Shown piece after piece: positions 16,906 to 26,721 of a DNA stretch of 45,555 nt. The notes beneath the pieces are model-generated. The model had not been told where the DNA came from. It saw only the letters and a program-made list of their open reading frames with translations, and searched no databases. The stretch comes from a virus. The translations under genes and the position numbers were made by a program. The stretch lies in the UHGV virus genome UHGV-2198558; one strand, written 5' to 3'. Numbering within the stretch: position 1 is the first letter of the stretch; every line of letters begins with the position of its first letter.

Positions 16906-18253
16906 ATACCAAAAATACTGTGTTGACTTTATTAAGTCTCATCCCGTATCAGCACTCTTTTTGGATTGCGGACTTGGAAAGACGATCATTTCATTGACTG
17001 CAATATATGATCTAATGTTTGATGAGCTGAAGGTATCTAAAGTTCTTGTAATTGCCCCTCTAAGAGTGACAAATGTCTGGAAAGCGGAGGTTCAGAAATG
17101 GAGTCATCTGCAAGATGTTGATGTTGCGATAGTAGTCGGAACTGTAAAACAGCGGATTGCTGCGATTAACAGTAACGCTCTTGTTTACGCTGTCAACCGT
17201 GAAAATGTGAAGTGGCTCGTAGAGTATTACGAGAAGAACGGTCTTCGCTGGGATTACGATATGATCGTCATTGACGAGCTGAGTTCCTTCAAAAACTACC
17301 AGTCACAGCGGTTCAAATGGTTGCGTAAGGTTCGGCCTTTCGTGAAGCGCTGGGTAGGATTGACAGGAACGCCGACTTCCAACGGTCTCATGGACCTGTG
17401 GGCAGAGATCGGTATCCTTGACGGCGGTGAGCGGCTCGGACGGTTTATAGGCAGATTTCGTGAAAGCTATTTCAAGCCTGCGTCCATGAATCCGTCAACC
17501 GGTGTTGTTTTCAGCTACACCCCACGTCCCGTCGCAGAGGAGCAGATCTATAACAAAATCTCCGACATTACGATTTCCATGAAGGCACTGGATTATCTGG
17601 ATATGCCGGAATGTATCTTCGTCAATCATGAGGTCGAGATGAATGCAGCAGAGCGAAAACTATACGATCAGCTGAAACAGGATCTTATCATTCCGCTTGA
17701 GGACGGAGATATCGATGCTGCCAACGCTGCCTCTCTCTCCAACAAGCTGCTCCAGATGGCTAACGGCGCGGTCTATGACGAAAACAAGGAAGCCCGAATC
17801 ATTCACAGCCGGAAACTGGAAATGCTGGAAGACCTGATCGAAGCCGCAAACGGACAGCCTGTTCTGGTCGGCTACTGGTTCAAGCATGACCGCACTCGCA
17901 TCATGGAGCATCTAACCGCCTGCGGTTACAGCCCTCGTGATATAAAGGATTCCGCCGACATCACAGACTGGAACGCCGGAAACATCCCGGTCGCTCTTAT
18001 ACACCCCGCTTCGGCAGGACACGGTCTGAACATTCAGTCCGGTGGCCATATCATGATCTGGTTCGGTCTGACATGGAGCTTAGAGCTTTATCAGCAGACA
18101 AATGCGCGTTTGTGGAGGCAGGGACAGAAGCACACTGTCACGATCCACCACATCGTAACAAAAGACAGTGTCGATGAGGATGTGCTTGCTGCTTTGGCCA
18201 ATAAGGATGTAACACAGGAGAAATTGATCGCCGCTGTCAAGGCGAGATTATAG
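16871..18253 (+). CDS. SNF2-family helicase
   Basis: Walker A LDCGLGKT, motif II DELS, helicase C-terminal motifs. Start at ATG 16871 (MENTLKRSQIHEYQ); overlaps the HNH gene by 35 nt. Confidence 0.85.
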   Translation: MENTLKRSQIHEYQKYCVDFIKSHPVSALFLDCGLGKTIISLTAIYDLMFDELKVSKVLVIAPLRVTNVWKAEVQKWSHLQDVDVAIVVGTVKQRIAAINSNALVYAVNRENVKWLVEYYEKNGLRWDYDMIVIDELSSFKNYQSQRFKWLRKVRPFVKRWVGLTGTPTSNGLMDLWAEIGILDGGERLGRFIGRFRESYFKPASMNPSTGVVFSYTPRPVAEEQIYNKISDITISMKALDYLDMPECIFVNHEVEMNAAERKLYDQLKQDLIIPLEDGDIDAANAASLSNKLLQMANGAVYDENKEARIIHSRKLEMLEDLIEAANGQPVLVGYWFKHDRTRIMEHLTACGYSPRDIKDSADITDWNAGNIPVALIHPASAGHGLNIQSGGHIMIWFGLTWSLELYQQTNARLWRQGQKHTVTIHHIVTKDSVDEDVLAALANKDVTQEKLIAAVKARL

Positions 18254-18338
18254 GATCATACTCTCCGTATGATCCGCACTGAAAAGACGACAAAGCGGCG
18301 ACAAAACGGTTACACCGCACTCTATGGAGGTGAAAACT

Positions 18339-18842
18339 ATGGCGCGTAAGAACAAACGCCTGAAAACAGAATACCACAGAGGTCTCGGTTTTGATCCGCG
18401 AAAGTATATGACTTCCTACTCCCACCAAACTCGCTGTGAATCAATTCCGACTCCCGACCGTGCTCCAAAGCGCGGCGATATCTGGTTTGCGCGGCTCGGC
18501 ACACATCCGAATTCCAGTGTGCAGGGCGGCACCCGTCCCGTTATCATCATTTCTAACGACCTCGGCAACGAACACGCTGACACCGTCAATGTTGTGCCGA
18601 TGACCAGACACCTGAAAAAGCCGGAGCTGCCTTGTCACACTCCGCTTTCTCCCGGCAGCATTACCGATAGCAGACAGCCGCTTGAACTGTCAATGGTGCT
18701 GGCGGAGCAGCTCACAACTGTCAGCAAGAACGCACTTCGCTATTATGCAGGTCATATTTCCGATGACGAAGCTATGAACCGCATCGAAACCGCTGTTATT
18801 GCGCAGCTCAGTCTTGAAAGGAGATATTCCAAATGCCTGTGA
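18339..18842 (+). CDS. MazF/PemK-like protein with a 48-aa basic N-terminal extension
   Basis: GDIWFARLGTHPNSSVQGGTRPVIIISND and NVVPMT parallel E. coli MazF GDLIWVDFDPTKGSEQAGHRPAVVLS and CVPCTT. GGAGGT RBS 7 nt before ATG 18339. Confidence 0.6.
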   Translation: MARKNKRLKTEYHRGLGFDPRKYMTSYSHQTRCESIPTPDRAPKRGDIWFARLGTHPNSSVQGGTRPVIIISNDLGNEHADTVNVVPMTRHLKKPELPCHTPLSPGSITDSRQPLELSMVLAEQLTTVSKNALRYYAGHISDDEAMNRIETAVIAQLSLERRYSKCL

Positions 18843-21262
18843 ATTTTGTCAATATCCCAGATGTTCTGAAGCAGACCGCTTCTTTCTGTGTCTGGAAGCT
18901 GGAAAAGAGATCCGGCAGACCGACCAAAGTACCGTATAACCCTCGCACCGGTGCAATGGCGAGAACCAACGATCCGTCTACCTTTGCAGACTTCAATACA
19001 GCAATGAAATCCTATGCCATCGGCGGATGGGACGGTATCGGCTATCGTGTCAGCGAAGGCATCGGTGCAATCGACATCGACCACTGCATCCGTGAGGACG
19101 GCAGTCTCAATGATGTTGCAGCATCCATTCTCGGTATCTTCCCCGATGCGTACTTTGAGCGCAGCCCCTCTGGTACCGGCTTGCGCGGCTTTTTTCGCCT
19201 TTCTCCTGATTTCGCCTACGATAAGACTGTGTACTACATCAACAACCGAAAGCACGGTCTGGAGGTCTATCTTCCCGGTGTGACGAACCGCTTTGTGACT
19301 GTTACAGGAGATATGTTCCGCAATGGTGCAGTTACCCGAAATGACGGTTCCCTGCGCACACTACTTGATACCTTCATGAAGCGCAGCACCCGTGTATCTT
19401 CCAAGACTGTCGAGCCTGTGTCCTATCTCGATGATGACGGTGTTATCGCTCACGCATCGGCATCTGAATCCGGCGACAAGTTCAAAGCACTGTATGCCGG
19501 TAACTGGGAGGAAGGCTACGATTCCCAGTCCGATGCAGATATGGCGCTTGTGTCTATCCTTGCATTCTGGTGCGGTAATGTCGAGGAGCAGATCGACCGT
19601 ATCTTCCGAACTTCCGGTCTGATGCGTGATAAGTGGGATCGTATGACCGGAGACAGAACTTACGGACAGATCACGATCCGCAATGCTGTCGCTACCAATT
19701 CCGCTGTCTATACACCGATTCAGGATTCTACGGCAGAAGATGACTTTGACGATATCGAGGGCGATGCGGAAAATGAGCAGCTTATGTTTGAGCCTGATCT
19801 CACCCATGTTTCCCTGACGCTGGAAGAAATGCAGCCGCACACGAATCCCCGCTATCAGCGTGACGAGATCGGCATCGGATATGCATTTGCGGATTATTAT
19901 AAGCCCATCGCTCGTTTTGACCGTGAGCGCGGCATCTGGTATGTCTTTGACGGGAAGGTGTGGCAGCCGGACGAGAATGCGCTTGCCGTGGCGGAGCTTG
20001 CAAAGCGTCTGGCAGACAGGCTGTATACCTTTGCCCTTCAGATCAAGGATGAGGACACACGCAACCGCTATATCAAGCGAGTGCAGAAGCTGCAAATGCG
20101 GAAGAACCGCCGCACCATGATCGAAGATGCGAAATCCGTGTATCCAGTGCCGCACGCTATCTTTGACCGCAATACCTACCTTTTCAACTGTCAGAACGGG
20201 ACACTGAACCTCACCACAGGTGAATTCCGTCCGCACGATCCGGCAGACTTTCTCACCATGATGTCCGGTGTCACTTATGATCCGAACGCCACCTGTCCAC
20301 GATGGGAGCAGTTCATTTCCGAAGTTATGTGTAATGATGCTGACCTCGCATTATACTTGCAAAAAGCCCTCGGATATGCGCTTACCGGCGACACATCACT
20401 GGAATGCCTGTTCATCCTCTACGGTGCAACATCCAGAAACGGCAAAGGCACCACAATGGAGACCTTTCTCAAAATCATGGGCGACTACGGCAAAACCTCC
20501 AATCCGGAGATGCTGTCTACGAAATTCGGCAACACCAATGCTTCCGGACCGTCCGAAGAGATCGCCCGGCTTGCGGGTGTCCGTTTTGTCAATATCTCCG
20601 AGCCGGAGAAGAAGATCACCTTCAATGCGGCACTGGTAAAGCGTATGACGGGTAATGATACACTGAATGCACGTTTCCTGCATGAGAATTCCTTCGACTT
20701 CCGACCGAATTTCAAGATCTTCATCAATACGAATTACAAACCGTCCGTTTCTGATATGACACTGTTTTACTCCAACCGTCTGAAGCTCATTCCGTTCAAA
20801 CGCCATTTTGAGGAGCATGAGCAGGACAAAGGTCTGAAAGCATTTTTCAGTACGTATGTCTGCCTCTCTGCCATCTTCAACTGGTGCTATGAAGGATATA
20901 AGCGGTTCCGTTCCGAAGATCTGGAAGATCCGGCTGCTGTATCTCAAGCAACCAAGGAGTATCAGGAGGAGTCTGACCGTATCGGGCAGTTTGTGGATGC
21001 GTGGCTCGAAGAAGGCGAAGCATTTGAAGTCCGTACCTCTGCGGCATATAAGCTGTACGGTGAATGGTGCGATAAATATGGCTACCGCAAGGAAAACAGC
21101 ACCAACTTCAATAACGCGATCCAGCGTTTCTTCCCCATCGTGCGTAAGCGCCCGAACGATACTAAGGGTGCGCAGAAAACAACGATGCTTGTGGGCTGTC
21201 GTTTTCTGGAGCATGAAAACGGCGAAGCTGACGAACCAGAGGAGTTTGCAGCTTTGGAGTAA
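18833..21262 (+). CDS. Primase-helicase (Prim-Pol N-domain plus P4-type primase NTPase)
   Basis: Prim-Pol motifs GAIDIDHC and SPSGTGLRGFF; Walker A ILYGATSRNGKGTT; 809 aa; GAAAGGAG RBS. Confidence 0.85.
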   Translation: MPVNFVNIPDVLKQTASFCVWKLEKRSGRPTKVPYNPRTGAMARTNDPSTFADFNTAMKSYAIGGWDGIGYRVSEGIGAIDIDHCIREDGSLNDVAASILGIFPDAYFERSPSGTGLRGFFRLSPDFAYDKTVYYINNRKHGLEVYLPGVTNRFVTVTGDMFRNGAVTRNDGSLRTLLDTFMKRSTRVSSKTVEPVSYLDDDGVIAHASASESGDKFKALYAGNWEEGYDSQSDADMALVSILAFWCGNVEEQIDRIFRTSGLMRDKWDRMTGDRTYGQITIRNAVATNSAVYTPIQDSTAEDDFDDIEGDAENEQLMFEPDLTHVSLTLEEMQPHTNPRYQRDEIGIGYAFADYYKPIARFDRERGIWYVFDGKVWQPDENALAVAELAKRLADRLYTFALQIKDEDTRNRYIKRVQKLQMRKNRRTMIEDAKSVYPVPHAIFDRNTYLFNCQNGTLNLTTGEFRPHDPADFLTMMSGVTYDPNATCPRWEQFISEVMCNDADLALYLQKALGYALTGDTSLECLFILYGATSRNGKGTTMETFLKIMGDYGKTSNPEMLSTKFGNTNASGPSEEIARLAGVRFVNISEPEKKITFNAALVKRMTGNDTLNARFLHENSFDFRPNFKIFINTNYKPSVSDMTLFYSNRLKLIPFKRHFEEHEQDKGLKAFFSTYVCLSAIFNWCYEGYKRFRSEDLEDPAAVSQATKEYQEESDRIGQFVDAWLEEGEAFEVRTSAAYKLYGEWCDKYGYRKENSTNFNNAIQRFFPIVRKRPNDTKGAQKTTMLVGCRFLEHENGEADEPEEFAALE

Positions 21263-21301
21263 AAGTAGACTTTTCTCCGTATTTACGCTGTTTTCCGCAG
21301 T

Positions 21302-21500
21302 TGGGGCAGCGTGGGGCAAGTTTTTTCGGTGGTTATTATTATTACTTCTCTTTATATATATTACTATTTTTACTTGCCCCTACTTGCCCCAAATAAATAA
21401 AAACAATAGAAAAGATAAGAAGAATAGAGGATTTTCACTGATTTGAACCATTACCCATTTTGCACTGTTTTGAACCTTGCCCGATGCTGTCACTGACAAA
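21302..21500. promoter_or_regulatory. Putative replication origin / regulatory region downstream of the primase gene
   Basis: Tandem tacttgcccc x2 (21371-21390) with inverted partner ggggcaag (21313-21320), AT-rich core 21331-21420, and repeated tttgaacc motifs. Confidence 0.35.
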
Positions 21501-21568
21501 GAGTGTGTAAGCGACAAAGCGTGGCAAGGTCAAAATCCAATAAACAATCATACAGGAGGAACACGAAT

Positions 21569-22663
21569 ATGAGAATCATTACTTCAGAACAGGTATCCGC
21601 AGGACATCCCGACAAGATCTGTGACCAAATCGCGGATGCCATCGTGACAGACTGCCTTCAGCATGACCGCAGCAGTCGTGTTGCGATAGAGTGTCTTTTC
21701 AAGAACCGCTGTCTTGTGATCGCCGGTGAGCTGACCAGTACCCATGAGCCGGACTACAAGGCTCTGGTGCAGCAGGTGTTCGACCGTATCAACAACGGCG
21801 GAGCTGAGAACAGCGATGCGGGACTTGACTACAAGCTGGACTTCACCGCCGATGATCTGGACATTGCGATTCTGGTCGATCACCAGAGCAATGACATTGC
21901 GCTCGGTGTGAATGTCGGCGGTGCAGGAGATCAGGGTATGATGTACGGCTATGCGACCAACGAAACGCCGGAGATGCTCCCGATCCCCTTCGTGCTGGCT
22001 ACCAGATTTCTGGAACTGCTGAAAGCCTACCCCTGCCGTATGCTGAAAGCCGATGCAAAGGCACAGGTCAGCTATGACTATGACAGCGGTCGCATTACCA
22101 CCTTCCTCTGCTCGGTGCAGCATACACACGATGTGGATGTTGAGGACTTCAAGCCCATCATCGAAAAGCTGATGGTGAGAACGGCAACCGAATACGGGCT
22201 GAATACAGACTTTGCAAAGCTCGTCAACCCGACCGGCAGATTTGTCATAGGCAGTTCCTTTGCGGACTGCGGCGTTACCGGACGCAAGCTCGCCTGCGAT
22301 ACCTATGGCGGTATCGGGCATATCGGCGGCGGTGCAATGTCCGGCAAAGATCCGTCTAAGGTTGACCGCAGCGGCGCATATGCAGCAAGAAAAATCGCAA
22401 GGGATATCGTCAGCGCCGGATATTCAGACAAGGCAGAGGTGCAGATCGCATACGCCATCGGTGTGGCAGAGCCCGTATCCGTGTATGTAGAGACTTTTGG
22501 CACGGAGCATCAGGATACGGAGTTCATCAACCAGTATGTTCGTGAGAATTATGACCTCACGCCGAGGGGAATCATCGAAGGGCTGCATCTGCTCGATGTG
22601 GACTATAACGCCATTTCCGCATACGGACACTTCGGAAAACAGAACCTTCCGTGGGAACTATAA
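21569..22663 (+). CDS. metK: S-adenosylmethionine synthetase
   Basis: Collinear with bacterial MetK: SAGHPDKICDQIAD, GAGDQGMMYGYA, DTYGG, GGGAMSGKDPSKVDRSGAYAARKIA; GGAGGA RBS before ATG 21569. Confidence 0.88.
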   Translation: MRIITSEQVSAGHPDKICDQIADAIVTDCLQHDRSSRVAIECLFKNRCLVIAGELTSTHEPDYKALVQQVFDRINNGGAENSDAGLDYKLDFTADDLDIAILVDHQSNDIALGVNVGGAGDQGMMYGYATNETPEMLPIPFVLATRFLELLKAYPCRMLKADAKAQVSYDYDSGRITTFLCSVQHTHDVDVEDFKPIIEKLMVRTATEYGLNTDFAKLVNPTGRFVIGSSFADCGVTGRKLACDTYGGIGHIGGGAMSGKDPSKVDRSGAYAARKIARDIVSAGYSDKAEVQIAYAIGVAEPVSVYVETFGTEHQDTEFINQYVRENYDLTPRGIIEGLHLLDVDYNAISAYGHFGKQNLPWEL

Positions 22664-22689
22664 TAAATTTTTTGAAATTTTTTTTGATT

Positions 22690-22733
22690 GGATACCCACA
22701 AAATGCCCTCTCCCACGACAGTATATGAGGGGC
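22690..22733. repeat. Copy 2 of the 44-bp intergenic repeat
   Basis: ggatacccacaaaatgccctctcccacgacagtatatgaggggc; hairpin preserved through an A-U to G-U change. Confidence 0.6.
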
Positions 22734-22826
22734 GTTGTTCAGACCGACCACAAACACACTACAAACCAAGCGGGACTGACCGCCCCTATCACTATGCAAC
22801 ACCACTGTGGAAAGGAGGCAGAGACA

Positions 22827-23186
22827 ATGCCAAGCAGACCAAAAACACCATGCAGACACCCCGGCTGTGCTGCGCTCGTACCTTATGGCACCAAGTATTG
22901 TGACAAGCACCGTTCTCTCCATCCGGAGGACACACGCTCCGCAGGCAGTCGAGGCTATGGCACCACATGGAACAAGACCCGCAAGCGTTACCTTGAGACG
23001 CATCCGCTGTGCGTGGAGTGCATGAAGCAAGGGCGCTATATCAAGGCGACCGATGTCGATCACATCATGCCGCACCGAGGAGACAATGTTCTCTTCTGGG
23101 ATCAGAGCAACTGGCAGAGCCTCTGCCACCGACACCACAGCATCAAGACCCGAAATGAGGATCACACCCCCGAGTACAAGTACTAA
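22827..23186 (+). CDS. HNH endonuclease (small phage type)
   Basis: AAAGGAGG RBS; CRHPGC...CDKH...PLCVEC...DVDHIMP...N.QSLC..HH pattern; 119 aa. Confidence 0.8.
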   Translation: MPSRPKTPCRHPGCAALVPYGTKYCDKHRSLHPEDTRSAGSRGYGTTWNKTRKRYLETHPLCVECMKQGRYIKATDVDHIMPHRGDNVLFWDQSNWQSLCHRHHSIKTRNEDHTPEYKY

Positions 23187-23644
23187 ACGCAAGCCACACT
23201 CACTATCGTTGCAGTTCAGGCAGTCTCAGGGGTGTACCTATGGGCGGGGCTGGGGGCTGGGGTTGCCCGCCGGGGCGGGTTCACTTCTCTGTGTGAAAGC
23301 GAACACAAGACCGTCGGCCCCTCTCGTGTGAAAAAACGCGAATTTGCAAGGGCCCCGGTCATTTGGGACCCTGACAGAGATATATTAGCTGTAAATGAAA
23401 TACTGTGCAGAAAACAGAAAACGCAGATTTTTCGTGCTTTTCCATATGCTGCCGTAGGAAACTGCGGCGGCAGGATACATACAGAGTTTCGTTACAAAAT
23501 GCACTGTAAAACGGCGAATTTACGTCAAAAAGCGATAGAATTAGCACATTTTTAGCGCCAAACCGCATTTTACAGTTTTATTCTTGGCGGAGCCCGTGTG
23601 GATACCGAAAACCGCATAAAATCAGAAGTTTCGAGGTGAATCAG

Positions 23645-23950
23645 ATGACAGATTCTCAAAAATATCAAGTACGAATTATGCGGATGCAGGGCATTGGATA
23701 TAAGGCAATAGCAAGGTCGCTGGGCTTGAAAACCAATCAGGTGCAGCTCTTTTGCAAGGCTCACGGTCTTGCAGGAGACAATCATCTGGTCGATGTCAAC
23801 TATCAAATCTGGTGTCAGCAAAACAACCGCTGTCCGGTCTGCGGTGCAAAGGTCACCCAGCCGAGGACAGGACGGCGAAAACGCTTCTGTTCCGGACGGT
23901 GCAGAACAAGATATTATCGTGAAAAACTGGAGGAATCAAAATGCTTGTAA
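23645..23950 (+). CDS. Small DNA-binding protein (HTH plus C-terminal zinc ribbon)
   Basis: HTH-like QVRIMRMQGIGYKAIARSLGLKTNQVQ; CPVCG...CSGRC. Start ATG 23645 (or GTG 23636). Confidence 0.55.
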   Translation: MTDSQKYQVRIMRMQGIGYKAIARSLGLKTNQVQLFCKAHGLAGDNHLVDVNYQIWCQQNNRCPVCGAKVTQPRTGRRKRFCSGRCRTRYYREKLEESKCL

Positions 23951-24097
23951 CCGTTTTGTGCCTTACTTACATGATGATCATCATCCTGATCCATGCGATC
24001 TGGATATCTTCGATCATCAAGCATGACGGGAAATGCCACTACAACGACTGCGGTCACTGTCCGTATGACGCCTGGTGTCCGATGCAGGAGGAAAAAC

Positions 24098-24583
24098 ATG
24101 ACACTGACAGAGAACTTCATTCGTGATGCGATACAGCTTGACAGCGGTGCAGAGGTCATGTACGGCAGCGATCAGATCTATGACACCTACCCCTGCCGCT
24201 TTCCGACTGTCGAGTTCCAGCTCATGGCAACGGATGCACTTGCGGAGGTCGCAGACCGCATCCGAATGGAGAAAGGCTATCTCCCGATGCATCCGAGGGA
24301 CGGGCGCACGGACGATGTTGACAATGACGGCTGGTACGACTTTTATATCGGGATTAGCAAGCTCCCCAGCGATCATAAGGAATGCAAACTTGACAGCAGC
24401 ATTAGTTTCGTGGTCGTCAATTCAGATTCCGATGACAACGAGGATATGTACAGCATTGACCTGACTGAAACAGAGCAGGCGTATGTGTATGAAATACTGA
24501 ACCGGCAATGCCGGAGATATCACGGGAAGGACTGTGCCACGCTTCTGGCAGAGTCTGAAAAGGAGCTGATGGATACAGCATGA
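24098..24583 (+). CDS. Hypothetical protein
   Basis: AGGAGGA RBS before ATG 24098; 161 aa; stop overlaps the nrdD start. Confidence 0.55.
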   Translation: MTLTENFIRDAIQLDSGAEVMYGSDQIYDTYPCRFPTVEFQLMATDALAEVADRIRMEKGYLPMHPRDGRTDDVDNDGWYDFYIGISKLPSDHKECKLDSSISFVVVNSDSDDNEDMYSIDLTETEQAYVYEILNRQCRRYHGKDCATLLAESEKELMDTA

Positions 24584-26721
24584 GGATAATAAAACGAAAC
24601 GGCGCTGAGGTGCCGTATGACTGCGAAAAGATACGAGCCGCAATATCAGCGGCAAATGATGAAGTGCCGGAGAAGATATCAGATACAGTGATCGGATTCA
24701 TTGTCGGGAATGTAGAAAAACGCTGTCATGCCCTTGCAAGACCTGTCCATGTCGAAGAAGTCCAGGACATGGTTCTTGATGAACTGGACAAGGCCGAGGC
24801 TTACAAACTTGCACGGCACTACAGTGAGTACCGCCTGTGGCATGAGCAGCAGCGCCGTATGAACACCACCGACGGCAAGATTCTCAGTCTGCTGGAACGC
24901 AACAACGAGGAGGCAAAGCAGGAGAACGCCAACAAGAACCCCATCATCAACAGCACGCTCCGTGACTATATGGCGGGAGAAGTCAGTCGGGATATATGTC
25001 GGCGCTTCCTGTTTCCGGAGGATGTGATCGCCGCCCATGATGACGGCATCATTCATGTGCATGACCTCGACTACATCGCAGAGCCGATGCACAATTGCTG
25101 TCTGGTGAATCTGGAGGATATGCTTCAAAACGGCACAGTGGTATCCGGTACTATGATTGAGAAGCCGCACAGCTTTTCGACTGCCTGCAATATCGCAACG
25201 CAGATCATTGCACAGGTGGCATCAAATCAGTACGGCGGACAGACGGTATCTCTGGCACATCTTGCGCCTTTCGTGGATATCAGCCGACAGAAAATTCGTG
25301 CCGAGGTGTTCGAGGATGTGAACTGCGACTGCGGTGCAAAGCTGTCTGAAAAAGAACTGGACTACATCGTAGAAAAGCGCGTGCGACGGGAAGTCAAGCG
25401 AGGCGTACAAACGATCCAGTATCAGATCAACACGCTCCTGACAACCAACGGTCAGACACCGTTCGTGACGGTATTCATGTATCTGGACGAGGCACCGGAG
25501 GGACAGACCAGAGATGACCTTGCACTCATTATCGAGGAAACGCTGCTTCAGCGTATCGAGGGCGTGAAAAACGAGAAGGGCGTGTGGATCACACCGGCAT
25601 TCCCGAAGCTGATCTATGTTCTCGATGAGGACAACATTCAGCCCGGTTCCAAGTATTACTACCTCACCGAGCTTGCGGCGAAGTGTACCGCAAAGCGTAT
25701 GGTTCCCGACTATATTTCCGCAAAGGTGATGAAACGTCTGAAGGGTGATGTGTATGCCTGCATGGGCTGCCGGTCATTCCTGACACCTTCTGCCGACCAC
25801 AAATACTACGGCAGATTCAATCAGGGAGTCGTCACGATCAACCTTGTGGATGTTGCGTGTAGCGCAGGCGGAGACGAAGATAAATTCTGGCAGCTTCTTG
25901 ATGAACGCTGCGAACTGTGCCGCAAGGCTCTGATGTGCAGGCATGAACGTCTGAAAGGTACGCCGTCCGATGTTGCACCGATCCTCTGGCAGTATGGCGC
26001 ACTTGCGAGACTGAAGAACGGTGAGGTCATTGACAATTTGCTGTATAACAACTACAGCACGATCTCCCTCGGCTATGCCGGCATCGCGGAAATGACCTAC
26101 CGCATGACAGGCTGTTCGCATACAGAGTCGGAGGGAAAATCCTTCGCCATTTCAGTGATGCATTTTCTGAACGATAAGTGCAGCAAATGGAGAGCTGAAA
26201 GCAATATCTCGTTCTCGCTATACGGCACGCCGATGGAATCTGTGACCTACAAATTTGCAAAGTGTCTGCAAAGGCGGCATGGTATTATTCCGCACGTCAC
26301 GGACAGGAGCTACATTACCAACAGCTATCATGTCCATGTGACAGAGCCGATCGACGCCTTCAGCAAGTTGTCCTTTGAAGCGGAGTTTCAGGAGCTTTCT
26401 CCCGGCGGTGCGATTTCGTATGTAGAAGTGCCGAACCTTCAGAACAACATTCCTGCGGTTCTGGCACTCATGAAACACATTTACGAAACGATTTTATATG
26501 CTGAACTCAACACTAAGTCCGACTACTGTCAGGCTTGTGGCTATGACGGGGAGATGCAGATCGTGGAAGAGGACGGCAAGCTGATCTGGGAATGCCCGAA
26601 CTGCGGCAACCGTGACCAGCGGACAATGAATGTCTGCCGCCGCACCTGCGGATATCTCGGAACGCAGTTCTGGAATCAAGGGCGCACACAGGAGATCGCA
26701 GAAAGGGTGATGCACCTGTGA
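24580..26721 (+). CDS. nrdD: Anaerobic ribonucleoside-triphosphate reductase
   Basis: N-terminal ATP-cone; C-terminal zinc ribbon CQACG...CPNCG; glycyl-radical motif RRTCGYLG; 713 aa. Confidence 0.88.
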   Translation: MRIIKRNGAEVPYDCEKIRAAISAANDEVPEKISDTVIGFIVGNVEKRCHALARPVHVEEVQDMVLDELDKAEAYKLARHYSEYRLWHEQQRRMNTTDGKILSLLERNNEEAKQENANKNPIINSTLRDYMAGEVSRDICRRFLFPEDVIAAHDDGIIHVHDLDYIAEPMHNCCLVNLEDMLQNGTVVSGTMIEKPHSFSTACNIATQIIAQVASNQYGGQTVSLAHLAPFVDISRQKIRAEVFEDVNCDCGAKLSEKELDYIVEKRVRREVKRGVQTIQYQINTLLTTNGQTPFVTVFMYLDEAPEGQTRDDLALIIEETLLQRIEGVKNEKGVWITPAFPKLIYVLDEDNIQPGSKYYYLTELAAKCTAKRMVPDYISAKVMKRLKGDVYACMGCRSFLTPSADHKYYGRFNQGVVTINLVDVACSAGGDEDKFWQLLDERCELCRKALMCRHERLKGTPSDVAPILWQYGALARLKNGEVIDNLLYNNYSTISLGYAGIAEMTYRMTGCSHTESEGKSFAISVMHFLNDKCSKWRAESNISFSLYGTPMESVTYKFAKCLQRRHGIIPHVTDRSYITNSYHVHVTEPIDAFSKLSFEAEFQELSPGGAISYVEVPNLQNNIPAVLALMKHIYETILYAELNTKSDYCQACGYDGEMQIVEEDGKLIWECPNCGNRDQRTMNVCRRTCGYLGTQFWNQGRTQEIAERVMHL

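Noticed and set aside
19361-21319. Minus-strand ORFs of 291 and 307 aa antisense to the primase-helicase
   Set aside because: Antisense shadow ORFs; the plus strand encodes Prim-Pol and Walker A motifs.
21584-22321. 245-aa minus-strand ORF antisense to metK
   Set aside because: metK is unambiguous on the plus strand.
23232-23555. 107-aa plus-strand ORF in the G-rich intergenic region
   Set aside because: The N-terminus is the translation of the G-tract (GLGAGVARRGG), there is no convincing SD site, and the composition is atypical of the neighbouring genes.
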